Positions 7,346 through 18,600 of a DNA stretch of 27,357 bases are shown piece by piece. Numbering within the stretch: position 1 is the first letter of the stretch; the number at the start of each line of letters is the position of its first letter. The DNA is from a virus (lineage: Duplodnaviria; Caudoviricetes): the IMG/VR virus record IMGVR_UViG_3300017653_000009, positions 1-27,357 of that record; one strand, 5' to 3'. The position numbers and the translations under genes were made by a program. The notes beneath the pieces are model-generated. The model was not told the origin of the DNA, did not search any database, and saw nothing but the letters and a program-made list of their open reading frames with translations.

Positions 7346-7669
7346 GTGAAGGAAGTGTCATTCTATAAATCTCTCAAGTGGAAAAGCAAAAGAGCGCGAG
7401 TTCTGCGACGTGATGAATACCTCTGTCAAGAGAGTAAGAGGTATGGGAAAAGAATGCCGGCGACGACCGTTCACCACATCTATCCGCTTGAGTTTTATCC
7501 AGAGCTGGCGCTGGTTGATTGGAATTTGATATCACTCAGTGACAAGCAGCATAATGCAATGCACGACCGCGTTACCCATGAGTTGACTGAGCTCGGATTA
7601 TCGTGGCAAGAACGTCGTCGAGCTGAATTTGAAAATTTCCAATTTCAGAAAAACACTTTACAGCGGTAA
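7346..7669 (+). CDS. HNH endonuclease (terminase-associated, HK97 gp74-like)
   Basis: FYKSLKWK..R..VLRRDEYLCQ..ATTVHHIYP..NLISL..HNAMH; located upstream of the small terminase. Confidence 0.92.
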   Translation: MKEVSFYKSLKWKSKRARVLRRDEYLCQESKRYGKRMPATTVHHIYPLEFYPELALVDWNLISLSDKQHNAMHDRVTHELTELGLSWQERRRAEFENFQFQKNTLQR

Positions 7670-7675
7670 AGCAAG

Positions 7676-7745
7676 AGGGTGTCCCCCCCTTCGAAAAAAA
7701 CGATTTTTCAACCTTCGGGGACCGGGGAGGGGCGCCTTTTCCAAG
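7676..7745. other. Candidate cos/packaging site region
   Basis: CCCCCC run and GGGGACCGGGGAGGGG between the HNH and terS genes, the usual cos position in this phage type. The exact cut site cannot be determined. Confidence 0.5.
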
Positions 7746-7783
7746 TGTGCGACCCACACAAACTTTTTTTTGGAGGTGGTGAC

Positions 7784-8143
7784 ATGTTAAATGAAGCTAA
7801 ACATTTAGATACAGAAGTGATAAAAAGGGCAACAATCCGGGACATGAAGGCGCTCCGGATTTATAAAAAGCAATATGATCGTCTTATTGAAATTTATGCC
7901 GAGCTGGTTTCTCAGTATAATCGTCTGACAGAGAGGTTTGCCGATTCGGGATTTGAAGTGGAAGCAGATACTGCACAAGGCGGGGCAAAGAAATCCCCAA
8001 TGGTTGCCACGTTAGAGGCATTGCGTAAAGATATCTTAATGTACTCTGATCGTCTCTGTTTAAATCCGAAGTCGCTGGAAACAGTAACGGCAGAAAAAAC
8101 GGAGCAGTCCAAAATCGCAACGCTGCTTAGCAAGAAAAAATGA
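7784..8143 (+). CDS. terS: Terminase small subunit (P27 family)
   Basis: GGAGGTGG RBS before ATG 7784; [14 protein letters not shown] motif; adjacent to terL. Confidence 0.88.
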   Translation: MLNEAKHLDTEVIKRATIRDMKALRIYKKQYDRLIEIYAELVSQYNRLTERFADSGFEVEADTAQGGAKKSPMVATLEALRKDILMYSDRLCLNPKSLETVTAEKTEQSKIATLLSKKK

Positions 8144-9867
8144 AGCATCCGAATTATGAAGTGGTCATGGATTATGCGGTCAGTATTGTTGATGGCCGTA
8201 AGATTGCATGTAAGGAGCTGATCGAAGGGGCGAATCGTTTCCTGAACGATCTTTCGAACGATGCTTATGACTTTAACCCAGCCGATGCAGAATACATTAT
8301 TGAAATCATGGAGACAACCTTTGTGCATATGAAAGGAGAGCGCTTGGACGGCACGCCGCTAAGGGGCTCTCCTTTTTTATTGGAACCGTGGCAAAAGTTC
8401 ATCATATATAACTTGCTAGGTTTCTTTCACAAAGGTACGATTCTTCGGCGCTATCAAGAAGCATTCCTGTACGTTCCCCGCAAAAATGGTAAAACGCCGT
8501 TCTCTGCCGGTCTTGCTTGGGCCCTTTCGTTGTTAAGCATCCGATCAAGTTCGACCATTTATATAGTTGGCGCTGCGCTGCGGCAAGCACTGCAATCCTT
8601 TGACTTTATCTTGTACAACCTGCGACAGATGGGTGAGGAAAAGAATTTTCGGATATTGAACAACAATCAGAATCACAGTATCTTCGGGGAGTTCGGAGAG
8701 GGTTCATTGACGATCGAGGCGCTGGCCGCCAATCCGGACGCGCAAGATTCGTTGAACTGTAACTATGCAATAGCAGATGAACTTCACGCCTATACGAAAC
8801 CGAAGCAGTACAACATCATCAAGGAAGCGATGAAGGCATACGCCAATAAGCTTATGATCGGCATTACGACTGCGGGCGATAACATGTCCAGCTTCTGCTA
8901 TCAGCGATTTCAGTATTGTAAAAAGATACTGAATAGTTCAGTGAAGGCTGAACATTATTTCGTGTTTATATGCAAAGCCGACCAGGACGAAAAAGGTGAA
9001 GTCGATTACACGTCAGCCATCGAGCACGAGAAGGCGAATCCGAATTATGGCGTGAGCATCCGGCCGGCTGACATTATGAAGGAAGCGGAGGAAGCCCAGA
9101 ACGATCCGCAGCAGCGGAAAGATTTTTTAGCGAAATCACTGAATGTCTATACGTCCGCTATGCGGGCTTATTTTAATTTGGACGAGTTCAAGGCCTCCGA
9201 CAGAAAGTATAAGTGGACTTTAGAAGAATTGGTACAGCTGCCTATTAACTGGTATGGCGGTGCTGACCTATCGAAAATTCACGATTTGACAGCTGCAGCG
9301 CTATATGGCGAGTATCAAGGCATTGATATTACTATCACGCATGCTTGGTTTCCGATTGTTGCGGCAGCACAGAAAGCAGAGGATGACGGCATACCGCTGT
9401 TTGGATGGAAGGATGACGGCTGGCTTACGATGTGCAATAGTCCTGTCGTTAATTACGCCGACATAGTAAATTGGTTCATCGGTATGAGAAAGAAAGGTTT
9501 CAAAATAAAACAAGTCGGTCATGACAGAAAATTCAGCACAGAATACTTTATCGGCATGAAGAAGGCGGGCTTCAAGGTCGTGGATCAGCCGCAATACTTT
9601 TATAAGAAGTCGCAGGGCTTCCGTCGAATTGAGGGTAAAGCGAAAGAGGGCAAGTTTTATTATCTTGGTTCCCAGGCTTATGAATATTGCCTACAGAACG
9701 TAAGCGCTATCGAAAAGACGGATGATATGATTCAATACGAGAAAATTATGCCAGAGCTACGTATTGATATCTTCGACGCTTCGGTGTTCGCAGCCGTTCG
9801 CATGCTTGAGAATATGGAAACATCATCAAACGCCAGCCAATGGCTGAATGGAGGCAAGGATGAGTAA
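8140..9867 (+). CDS. terL: Terminase large subunit
   Basis: LEPWQKF, Walker A VPRKNGKT, Walker B AIADELH, ITTAG, nuclease GGADLS and RIDIFDA. Confidence 0.97.
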   Translation: MKHPNYEVVMDYAVSIVDGRKIACKELIEGANRFLNDLSNDAYDFNPADAEYIIEIMETTFVHMKGERLDGTPLRGSPFLLEPWQKFIIYNLLGFFHKGTILRRYQEAFLYVPRKNGKTPFSAGLAWALSLLSIRSSSTIYIVGAALRQALQSFDFILYNLRQMGEEKNFRILNNNQNHSIFGEFGEGSLTIEALAANPDAQDSLNCNYAIADELHAYTKPKQYNIIKEAMKAYANKLMIGITTAGDNMSSFCYQRFQYCKKILNSSVKAEHYFVFICKADQDEKGEVDYTSAIEHEKANPNYGVSIRPADIMKEAEEAQNDPQQRKDFLAKSLNVYTSAMRAYFNLDEFKASDRKYKWTLEELVQLPINWYGGADLSKIHDLTAAALYGEYQGIDITITHAWFPIVAAAQKAEDDGIPLFGWKDDGWLTMCNSPVVNYADIVNWFIGMRKKGFKIKQVGHDRKFSTEYFIGMKKAGFKVVDQPQYFYKKSQGFRRIEGKAKEGKFYYLGSQAYEYCLQNVSAIEKTDDMIQYEKIMPELRIDIFDASVFAAVRMLENMETSSNASQWLNGGKDE

Positions 9868-11059
9868 AAAGCGGAGTAAGCGCGGGGCCACAAAAACAAG
9901 AGCCGCGCCCCAGCCGTCCTTAGGATGGTTTTTAACCACGGATGCCCATGACACGCTTTGCATTCCCGGATACACCCGCCTGTCGGATAACCCCGAGGTG
10001 CGCATGGCCGTGGATAAGATCGCTGATTTGATCAGCTCCATGACCATCCATTTGATGCGAAACACTGACAACGGCGATATTCGTGTGCGTAATGAGTTGT
10101 CGCGTAAGATCGATATTAACCCTTATAGCTTAATGACGCGCAAGGCGTGGGTATATAACATCGTGTATACGCTATTGCTTGACGGAGGCGGTAACAGTGT
10201 CGTTTACCCTAAACTGCGCAACGGCTTGATTGATGATCTGGTCCCGTTGAAGCCATCTGGGGTTTCTTTCGAGGACACTTCGGACGCATACAACGTTAAA
10301 TATCAAGGCAAGACATATGGGCACGACGAAGTGCTGCACTTTGTTATCAATCCCGATCCTGAACGACCTTGGATCGGGCGCGGTTATAGGGTGGTGTTAA
10401 AGGATATCGTCGACAACCTAAAGCAGGCGACCGCAACAAAGAAAAGCTTTATGTCGGACAAGTGGAAGCCTAGCGTCATTATCTCGGTTGATGCGATGAC
10501 AGAAGAGTTATCAAGCCCAGAGGGGCGCGACGAGATTCTTAAAAAATACGTTTCGGAGACAAGCGGCGGCAAGCCATGGATAGTCCCTTCTGAACTAATC
10601 AAGGTTGATCAAGTACGGCCTTTGTCCCTTGCGGACTTGGCGATAAACGACGCAGTGCAATTAGATAAGCGGACAGTGGCGGGCATCATCGGGGTGCCGG
10701 CTTTTTTTGTTGGCGTCGGAGATTTTAAAAAGGACGAGTACAACGCCTTTATTAACACGCGCATTCTTCCGCTCGCACAGGGTATCGTTCAGGAGCTTAC
10801 GCGCAAACTGCTTTTTGCTTCGGATCTATATTTCAAGTTTAACCCGCGCAGCCTTTACGCCTACGACCTTAAGGAGTTGGCGGAAGTCGGCAGCAACCTT
10901 TATGTTCGTGGCCTTTACACAGGTAACGAGGTGCGCAATTGGTTGGGAGATTCACCGCACGAGGGATTGGATGAAAGAGTCATATTGGAAAATTACATCC
11001 CAGCGGGCATGATCGGCGATCAAAAGAAACTAAATCAAGGAGGTGATGGCGGTGGATAG
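9860..11059 (+). CDS. Portal protein (HK97 family)
   Basis: GGAGG RBS before ATG 9860; [13 protein letters not shown] and TGNEVR motifs; synteny. Confidence 0.95.
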   Translation: MSKKRSKRGATKTRAAPQPSLGWFLTTDAHDTLCIPGYTRLSDNPEVRMAVDKIADLISSMTIHLMRNTDNGDIRVRNELSRKIDINPYSLMTRKAWVYNIVYTLLLDGGGNSVVYPKLRNGLIDDLVPLKPSGVSFEDTSDAYNVKYQGKTYGHDEVLHFVINPDPERPWIGRGYRVVLKDIVDNLKQATATKKSFMSDKWKPSVIISVDAMTEELSSPEGRDEILKKYVSETSGGKPWIVPSELIKVDQVRPLSLADLAINDAVQLDKRTVAGIIGVPAFFVGVGDFKKDEYNAFINTRILPLAQGIVQELTRKLLFASDLYFKFNPRSLYAYDLKELAEVGSNLYVRGLYTGNEVRNWLGDSPHEGLDERVILENYIPAGMIGDQKKLNQGGDGGG

Positions 11060-11624
11060 GGGGATAAAACAAACACGAAGTTTGAAGTCACAGCTCAAAA
11101 CGCGGGCAGTCGAAGGCGACGACCTTATCATCGAAGGCTATTTTGCGGTATTTAATCGGCAAACCGAGCTTTGGCCCGGAGCTTTTGAAGAGATCGCACC
11201 GGACGCTTTTAATAACACGATGGGCAATGACATTCGAGCACTGGCTAATCACGAAACGATGTTTGTCCTTGGCCGCAACAAAGCGGGCACGTTGGAGCTC
11301 AAGGTTGATTCTCACGGTCTTTGGGGACACGTCAAGATTAATCCCGACGACGTGGACGCGATGAATCTGTATGCCCGCGTAAAGCGTGGAGATGTTGATC
11401 AATGCTCTTTTGGATTTAACATCGTCCGCGAAGAGACTGACTGGCGTGATGATGGAACAGTCAAATGGACCATCTGTGAGATCGATCTGCACGAGGTCAG
11501 CGTCGTCACATTCCCGGCCTACGCTGATACAGGCGTACAGGCACGTAAGGCTGAGGTTGAGCAACACCGCGAGCGGCAATTGCAGCAGCGTAAACAAAAT
11601 CTGAAAGCGAGGTTGAAAAAGTAA
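11046..11624 (+). CDS. HK97-family prohead protease
   Basis: [19 protein letters not shown] and [10 protein letters not shown] motifs. Confidence 0.95.
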   Translation: MAVDRGIKQTRSLKSQLKTRAVEGDDLIIEGYFAVFNRQTELWPGAFEEIAPDAFNNTMGNDIRALANHETMFVLGRNKAGTLELKVDSHGLWGHVKINPDDVDAMNLYARVKRGDVDQCSFGFNIVREETDWRDDGTVKWTICEIDLHEVSVVTFPAYADTGVQARKAEVEQHRERQLQQRKQNLKARLKK

Positions 11625-13060
11625 TGGCACTTAAACAATTAATGCTTACGAGGAAGATCCAGCAGCGTAAAGCTTCACTGGAAGAACTGCAGCAAAGAGA
11701 GGCGGAACTGACGACTAGATCCGCTGAACTTGAGGCGGCGATCGAGGAAGCAAAAACCGATGAGGAGATTGCTGCAGTCGAGGAAGAGATCGCAGCGCAC
11801 GAAGCTGATCAAACAAAGCTGAATGAGGACAAAGGCAATCTTGAAACCGAGATTGCTGCCCTTGAAGGCGAGCTAGGGCAGCTTAATAGCAAGGAACCTA
11901 ACAATAATCCGGCGCCGGCACCGAGCCCGGAACAAAGAAATCAATACCAAGTTGGAGGCGAAATGAGAATGAAGGTAAATAAGGGCTTTTTCAAAGGCAT
12001 GGAGCGCAGCGCAGCGGAGACAATTATCCAACGAGAAGAGGTTAAAGGCTTCTTGGATAAAATCCGTTCGGGCGATATTCCGAAAGAAACCAATCTGAAG
12101 AAACGCGGTGTGCAGGGCGGCGAGCTTGGAATTCCAGACATCGTACTTGGTCTGATCCGAGACAACCTACATCGTTATTCGAAATTGATCTCGAAGGTCA
12201 ACCTTCGTGCGATCCCTGGAACATCTCGTACGAATATCGTGGGTGATATACCAGAAGCGATCTGGACGGAAGCCTGCGCAACACTGAATGAACTGGATCT
12301 CAGATTCTATCAGGTTGAAACGGATGGCTATAAAGTTGGTGGGTTCATCCCGGTATGCAACGCGTTGCTGGAGGACTCCGATTTCAATCTCGGTAACGAA
12401 ATTTTTGACGCCCTCGGTCAAGCGCTTGGTCTTGCTGTCGATAAGGCAATTCTGTACGGTACAGGCGTGAAGATGCCGATCGGTATCGTGACAAGGTTGG
12501 CAGAAACAGCGCAGCCCGCCTACTGGGGAGCGAACTACCCGACATGGGTGAACCTTTCAACTTCTAACATTGGCCAAGTAGCGGGTGCTGATGCAAAAAC
12601 ACAATTCGCTAATTTAATTCGTTTCAGCGGAAAAGCTAAGTCCAACTATGGCAACGGCGGCAAGTTCTGGGCGATGAACGACACAACGTACACCGAAATT
12701 CAAGCTAAACTGGTTGAATTCAATGCCGCGGGTGCTTTGGTTTCCAGCATTAACAACACAATGCCTATAATCGGCGGAGAAATTGTTATTCTTCCGTTCA
12801 TGGCGGATGGCGACATTGTCGGCGGTTACGGTTCGCAGTACCTGCTGGCTGAACGCGCTGGAGCGCAATTTGCGGTATCAGAACATGTTCAGTTCATCCA
12901 GGACAATACCGTATACAAAGCTACGTCACGCTATGATGGTAAGCCGATCCTTGGTCAAGGCTTCGTAGCGATGAACATATCCGGAGCGGCACCGAAAACG
13001 TCAATCGCGTTTGCACCGGATACTGCCAATGACGAAGAAGAAGAACCAGCGGGGGAATAA
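11624..13060 (+). CDS. Major capsid protein (HK97 fold) with N-terminal coiled-coil scaffold (delta) domain
   Basis: Acidic coiled-coil N-terminus; A-WTEA, KVGGFIPVCNALLEDS, DKAILYGTG and RYDGKP motifs. Confidence 0.95.
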   Translation: MALKQLMLTRKIQQRKASLEELQQREAELTTRSAELEAAIEEAKTDEEIAAVEEEIAAHEADQTKLNEDKGNLETEIAALEGELGQLNSKEPNNNPAPAPSPEQRNQYQVGGEMRMKVNKGFFKGMERSAAETIIQREEVKGFLDKIRSGDIPKETNLKKRGVQGGELGIPDIVLGLIRDNLHRYSKLISKVNLRAIPGTSRTNIVGDIPEAIWTEACATLNELDLRFYQVETDGYKVGGFIPVCNALLEDSDFNLGNEIFDALGQALGLAVDKAILYGTGVKMPIGIVTRLAETAQPAYWGANYPTWVNLSTSNIGQVAGADAKTQFANLIRFSGKAKSNYGNGGKFWAMNDTTYTEIQAKLVEFNAAGALVSSINNTMPIIGGEIVILPFMADGDIVGGYGSQYLLAERAGAQFAVSEHVQFIQDNTVYKATSRYDGKPILGQGFVAMNISGAAPKTSIAFAPDTANDEEEEPAGE

Positions 13061-13221
13061 CAGCTTTCAGCTTAACCCCTGAGACGCAGCCCGATCTTGA
13101 TGCCATGACAAAAACGGAGCTATTACTGTTCGCTTCTGATCATGGTGTCGAGGGGCTGACATCGACCATGCTGAAAGCGGATATTATAGCGGCCATCAAG
13201 GGGGCGATGGGGTGGACGTAG
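13051..13221 (+). CDS. -1 frame extension of the capsid gene encoding a HeH/SAP/Rho-N-like domain
   Basis: G GGG GAA TAA at the capsid end; -1 frame open to TAG 13221 (GITAFSLTPETQPDLDAMTKTELLLFASDHGVEGLTSTMLKADIIAAIKGAMGWT). Confidence 0.7.
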   Translation, partial: GGITAFSLTPETQPDLDAMTKTELLLFASDHGVEGLTSTMLKADIIAAIKGAMGWT

Positions 13222-13487
13222 CGTTAATAGTCAGTCTCTTAAAACAATCGTTGGGGATAATGTCGACTGTTCGGGACTCCTTTTTAGAATTCATGGTTGA
13301 GGGCGTTATTCGAGAATTAACTGAAGAAAAGGGGATTGTTCTTGACCCAGATGATGCTGCGCACATTATGTTTATTGTCGATTACGCGGACTGGCGTTAT
13401 AAAAGCCGCGACAGTGACGGCGCGGTCCCTAGACATCTTCAATTCCGTCTCCATAATTTAATTATCCATTCGGGTGGTGGTGGATAG
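13212..13487 (+). CDS. Head-tail connector protein (gp6-like)
   Basis: LLKQSLGI..RDSFL..DYADWRY pattern; synteny. Confidence 0.85.
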   Translation: MDVALIVSLLKQSLGIMSTVRDSFLEFMVEGVIRELTEEKGIVLDPDDAAHIMFIVDYADWRYKSRDSDGAVPRHLQFRLHNLIIHSGGGG

Positions 13488-13795
13488 TGTCATGGGATAA
13501 TGTAATCGAGCTAATAAGCGAGTCCTATGAAACGGATGAGGAAGGAATCTCGAAACCAATTATGCTGTCAACTTCGGTGTATGCTCGAATCAAATCAGTT
13601 CGGCAATCAGAGTTTTATCAAGCGGCATCCTCCGGGAGAAAGCCGGTTATTATGTTTGAAGTTAGGAGCTTTGAATATGATGACCAATTGAAGGTTTCGC
13701 ACGGCGGGAAAGTGTACGCAATCATTAGAGCATACCGAAAAAACCATGAAATTACTGAATTGACATGCGAAGGCGAGGTAATAAATGGCGGCTAG
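13487..13795 (+). CDS. Head closure/head-tail adaptor protein
   Basis: VYARIKSVRQSEFYQAASSG..Y-IIR..ELTCE pattern. Confidence 0.87.
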   Translation: MSWDNVIELISESYETDEEGISKPIMLSTSVYARIKSVRQSEFYQAASSGRKPVIMFEVRSFEYDDQLKVSHGGKVYAIIRAYRKNHEITELTCEGEVINGG

Positions 13796-14180
13796 TGGTA
13801 TTGAGTTTAGTGGAATTGACCAATTGATTTCGGCTCTACGGCGCCGAAGCGAATCTGCAGTCACTAGAGTGGAGAGTAAAGCGCTACGAGTAGCCGGCGA
13901 ACTAATGGCAAATGCTATGCGGGAGCGCGCGGCGCGCTCCAATCTCTCACGAAAATATCACCTGCAGGACAACATCGTAGTCAGCAATGTGCGGCGTAAG
14001 GATGGTATCAAATATGTGCAGATCGGACCAAACAAAAAAGTGGCTTGGCGTGCTCACTTTGTGGAGTTTGGGACTAGCAAGCAACATGCTGAGCCATATA
14101 TCGAGCCAGGCTTTTTAGCAAGCAAGGATGACAGCCTGCGCATACTCGCAGAAGAAGTGCGAAAGGGGCTGAGAGGATGA
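13785..14180 (+). CDS. HK97 gp10-family tail completion protein
   Basis: AHFVEFGTSKQHAEPYIEP motif. Confidence 0.9.
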   Translation: MAASGIEFSGIDQLISALRRRSESAVTRVESKALRVAGELMANAMRERAARSNLSRKYHLQDNIVVSNVRRKDGIKYVQIGPNKKVAWRAHFVEFGTSKQHAEPYIEPGFLASKDDSLRILAEEVRKGLRG

Positions 14181-14548
14181 TCACCGATGTTAAGGCTGGA
14201 ATACGTACAGCGCTGATAAATAATGCAGATCTTTCCGCATTACTCGGCGGTCAACGAATTTATCAGCTCGCTGCGCCAAATGCCGAGGAGTTTCCGCGCA
14301 TCACATTTTTTGAGTTGGACAACTCCGATAGCGATTTTGCTGACGATTCGGCTTATGCGTCTGATGTGCGACTACAGATCGATGTTTGGAGCTTAGGCAG
14401 CACATCTGCGATTAGCGGAGAGGTTGACAAAACCATGAAGCAACAAGGCTGGGCGCGGACAAGCGCGCCCGATCTTTACGAACCAGATATCAAAGTTTAT
14501 CACAAGGCTTTGCGATACCGCAGGGCTTTTTTAATTGAGGAGGAATGA
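14177..14548 (+). CDS. Tail terminator (SPP1 gp17/DUF3168-like)
   Basis: FPRITF..LQIDVWS motif; precedes the tail tube gene. Confidence 0.82.
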   Translation: MITDVKAGIRTALINNADLSALLGGQRIYQLAAPNAEEFPRITFFELDNSDSDFADDSAYASDVRLQIDVWSLGSTSAISGEVDKTMKQQGWARTSAPDLYEPDIKVYHKALRYRRAFLIEEE

Positions 14549-14552
14549 ATCA

Positions 14553-15137
14553 ATGGCAGACAAACCGAGAAGTGCACGCGTCGGTATGGACATGCTTTAT
14601 TATGCGAAAATGACTGATGAGACGACAGAAACATATGCAACACCGAAACGAATCCGTTCTGTGATGTCTGGAACCGTAACGCCTACCGTAAACAGTGCGA
14701 CATTGTACGGTGACGACAAGGCTGATGAGGTTGCGACGTCGATGGGGGACGTGGAAATCGAGCTCGGTGTTAAGGATCTTACGGCCGAGGAAATGGCGGA
14801 TTTACTCGGGGCTACGATAGACGAAAACGGCGTACTGTCGCAAAAGTCTACGGACGTAGCACCTTATGTAGCAATAGGCTGGCGGAGCCGCAAGGCAAAT
14901 GGAGCCTATCGCTATTTTTGGTTTTACAAAGGCAAATTCCAGTTATCAGACGAGGAATACCAGACGAAGGAGGATAGCCCAACCTTCCAAACGCCTACGA
15001 TTTCTGCACTTTTCATCCCTCGCGACTCTGATAATAAATGGCGTGATCGCGTAGATAGCGACGACGAAGGTGTGCCGGCTGCAGTAATTACAAACTGGTT
15101 TTCAAGCGTATATGATGGTACGCCAGTAGAACCTTAA
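14553..15137 (+). CDS. Major tail (tube) protein, phi13 family
   Basis: GAGGAGG RBS; LYGDD, APYVAIG, YFWFYKGKF and WFSSVY motifs. Confidence 0.92.
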   Translation: MADKPRSARVGMDMLYYAKMTDETTETYATPKRIRSVMSGTVTPTVNSATLYGDDKADEVATSMGDVEIELGVKDLTAEEMADLLGATIDENGVLSQKSTDVAPYVAIGWRSRKANGAYRYFWFYKGKFQLSDEEYQTKEDSPTFQTPTISALFIPRDSDNKWRDRVDSDDEGVPAAVITNWFSSVYDGTPVEP

Positions 15138-15142
15138 GGGAA

Positions 15143-15172
15143 AGGCGGGCTTCGGCCCGCCTAAATTTATTT
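15143..15172 (+). terminator. Hairpin AGGCGGGC-TTCG-GCCCGCCT after the major tail gene
   Basis: Perfect 8-bp stem with UUCG loop; the weak T-tract suggests partial termination or mRNA stabilisation. Confidence 0.75.
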
Positions 15173-15186
15173 TGGAGGTAATGATT

Positions 15187-15498
15187 ATGTTACAAATTTC
15201 TCTGCGTCAGGAAGATGGCACAACAAAAACGTTCAAACAGGACTTTATTAGCGGAAGAATGTTCCGTCGAACCGTAGAAATACAAAAATTGATGAAAGAA
15301 CAAGGAGGAGAGCCTGAAACTCTCACAGAAGTATACGGATTCTTTTCTGAAGTATTCGGAAATCAATTCTCGCCAGAAGAATTTGAAGACGGCATTGATT
15401 CTCGTAAAATGATAGATACGATATTAAAATACATCAATTCTATAATTGGTAGAGCTTCGGATGCTTTAGGCTCGACAGGTACTGAGAACCCAAACTAA
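15187..15498 (+). CDS. Tail assembly chaperone (gpG-like)
   Basis: GGAGG RBS; FGNQFS-EEF-DG-D motif; ends in slippery C CCA AAC TAA. Confidence 0.87.
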   Translation: MLQISLRQEDGTTKTFKQDFISGRMFRRTVEIQKLMKEQGGEPETLTEVYGFFSEVFGNQFSPEEFEDGIDSRKMIDTILKYINSIIGRASDALGSTGTENPN

Positions 15499-15674
15499 GT
15501 TCTGACGCTGATCCAATGGTTAGTGTCAAAGAACTCTATATAAATCTAATGAAACAAGGGATGACATTGCCTGAGATCGACGGCATGGACATCCTTTTTT
15601 ATTTTGAGTTGATAAAGCACACAAACGAGAAGAAAAACCGCGTCACACCAGTTGACGAAATTGGATGGCTATAA
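15489..15674 (+). CDS. Tail assembly chaperone gpGT-like -1 frameshift extension
   Basis: CCCAAAC heptamer at 15489-15495; -1 frame open to TAA 15674 (..KELYINLMKQGMTLPEIDGMDILFYFEL..). Confidence 0.85.
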   Translation, partial: PKLSSDADPMVSVKELYINLMKQGMTLPEIDGMDILFYFELIKHTNEKKNRVTPVDEIGWL

Positions 15675-15689
15675 AGGCAGGTGAAATAG

Positions 15690-18600
15690 ATGGCAGACAA
15701 TATCGAAGTTGGTGACCTGGTCGCCCGTATATCCTTTGACGATACTGGCCTTAACAAGTCCATGGCTGAGATTAACAGGCAGATGAAGCTTGTCGAGTCG
15801 GAGTTTGGAAAGGCATCAACTGCGCTTAAAGGTTACGGATCAACTGAGGAGCAGCTTAAGGCAAAGACCGATGCCCTGAATCAGCAGATGCAGCTCCAGC
15901 AGCAGAAAATCAACAAGTTGAATGAGTCATTGCAAGACTCGGCTGCTACAAAGGGAGCGGATGCTGCCGAAACGCAACGATTAGCCACTGAACTTAACAA
16001 AGCCCAGACCGTTTACAACAAGCTAGAAACCGAGCTTGATGGAGTAAATAAAGAGCTTGAAGAACAGCGGAAACAGGCGGAGCTCGCTGCGAATCCTTGG
16101 AAAAAACTCGGGAATGAGTTGGAAAATGCCGGGGCAAAAATGACAAAAGTCGGCGACAAGATGAAGAGCATTGGGTCGTCTTTGAGTCTGAAGGTAACGG
16201 CGCCAATAGTCGCTCTCAGTACCCTGTCCGCTAAAGCCGCCATTGATTTTGAATCGGCGTTCGCTGGGGTACGAAAGACTGTAGACGCCACAGAAGAAGA
16301 ATTCGCGGTGCTAGAATCCGGAATCCGCAAAATGTCGAAAGAGATGCCTGCAGCTGCGACAGAAATTGCGGCAGTAGCTGAATCAGCCGGTCAGCTAGGC
16401 ATAGCAAAAGAAAACATACTCGAATTTTCCGAGGTCATGATCGGATTGGGTGAGGCGACGAACTTGTCTGCCGAAGAAGCGGCAACACAACTCGCCCGGT
16501 TCGCTAACATCACGCAAATGTCTCAGGGTGATTTTGATAAGCTCGGCTCCAGCCTTGTAGCTCTCGGAAATAACATGGCTACGACTGAAGGCGAGATTGT
16601 TGCTATGAGCCTAAGGCTGGCTGCGCAGGGGAAACAGATAGGCATGTCGGAGGCGCAGATTACCGCTTTAGCTGCTACCATGTCATCACTTGGCATAGAG
16701 GCTGAAGCCGGTGGTACAGCTATGACGACAATTCTGAAAAAGATTCAATCTGCCGTCGGCGAAGGCGGAAAGGAACTTGATGATTTTGCTGTTGCCGCTA
16801 GGATGAGCTCTCATGATTTTACAAAAGCGTTTAAATCCGATCCTGTTAAGGCTCTTGATGTTTTTGTTAAGGGATTAAGTCAATCAAGTAGTGAAGGGCA
16901 AAACTTAACGTCAATTCTTAGCAAGCTTGGAATAAGTGGCATACGTGAATCGGATACATTGCTACGTATGGCTGGCGCGGCCGACCTATTGTCTGCAGCT
17001 GTTGAGACGTCTACCGATGCATGGAGAGAAAATACGGCGCTAACAAATGAGGTCGCTCAAAGATACGGAACGACTGAGTCGAAGCTAAAAATGTTTAAGA
17101 ACCAAGTGACGGATCTCGCGATTCAGATTGGCGATATTCTGCTCCCCATCATCATGGACATAGTAAAGGCCATTCAGCCGTGGGTGGAAAAGTTTGCTGC
17201 TATGGACAAGTCATCGCAAAAAGTGATTCTTGCAATCGCCGGAATTGCGGCCGCGATTGGTCCTGTTATTGTTGTCATCGGCTCGTTGATATCATCAATC
17301 GGAACTATTGTGTCACTATTTGGAACGTTATCAGCGGCGATCGCAACGGCTGGGGGAGCGAGTGCAGTTTTAAGCGCAGCCTTTACAGCAATGACGGGCC
17401 CTATTGGTTTGGTTGTCGCAGCGGTAGCAGCTTTAACAGTCGGCGGAATTGCTCTTTATAAACATCTCAAAAAGGATGCTATTCCTGAAATTCAACGTTT
17501 TGGCGACGAGGTTTCAGAGAGTACTCAACAGGCCGTGGGTGCTTTTTTCGACCTTAACGATAAAGCAACGCTGGCGCTAAACGAGTTAACTTGGGCTGGG
17601 AAAACCGTCACAAAGGAAATGTCAGCAGAGCTCATTAACACATTTGATGCAATGGGTGATCAAATAATTGCCGGCATGGAAGCAGATCATGCAAAGCAGC
17701 TAGAAACGCTCGAACAGTTTTTTGCTAACAGTTCCGCTCTCACTGATGAAGAGGAAGCGGCTGCACTGGAGCAAGTACGCAAAGGGCAGGAAGAAAGAGC
17801 GCAGGCGATAAACGAAGGACAGGCTAGAATAGCCGAAATCATGAATATGGCCAGCGAAGAGCGGCGTGCGTTGACGAGGAACGAAACTGCTGAGATAACA
17901 CGAATACAGCAGGCTATGGTCGATACGGGAATAGCGGTGCTAAGTGAAAATGAACTGGAGCAGCGCGCCATCATGGAGCGCATGAACGCAAATGCGTCAA
18001 CTCTGTCAGCAATCCAGGCAGCGGAGGTCGTGCGAAATAGTGTAGCTCAGCGTGATGGGGCGATTGCGGCTGCAGAGGAACAATACAATGATGTAATTAA
18101 AGAGATTATCCGGCAGCGAGACGAGGTTGGGGCCATCTCAGCGGAGCAGGCTGCGCGATTAATAGAGGATGCACAGCGGCAGAGGGATGAGACGGTCAAT
18201 CTTGCACAGCAGATGCACGATAACATTTTAACTGCTGCTAAGGAAAAGTCAGGTGAGCATATAGATCTCATTGATTGGGAAACAGGGGAGGTCCTTAAAA
18301 AATGGGAGGAGTACAGGAACAAGCTGCAGGGTTGGCAGGATAAAATCGACAAGTTTTTCATCGATGCCTGGAACGGAATAGTAAAATCGATAAAAGATAA
18401 AACAACCGAGATCGTCAACAATGTAAAAGAACATTTTGAGAACATCGTCACCTATTTAAAAGAGTTGCCTGAGAAAATGAAAAATCTCGGGATTGACATT
18501 ATCCAAGGTCTTATTAACGGTATCAGCAGCATGATGAACAATATTAAGGATAAGGTTAAAGAGGTCGCAGGTTCGATTACAAACGGTATTAAGAAGGCGC

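Noticed and set aside
14614-14632. CTGATGA...GAAAC hammerhead-like words in the major tail gene
   Set aside because: No stem II, I or III pairing; explained by the coding sequence.
15132-15174. +1 frameshift at CCT TAA that would fuse the tail tube to the chaperone
   Set aside because: The frame is open, but the known SPP1-type signal is CCC TAA, a strong hairpin and separate RBS intervene, and no accessory domain is encoded. Probably chance.
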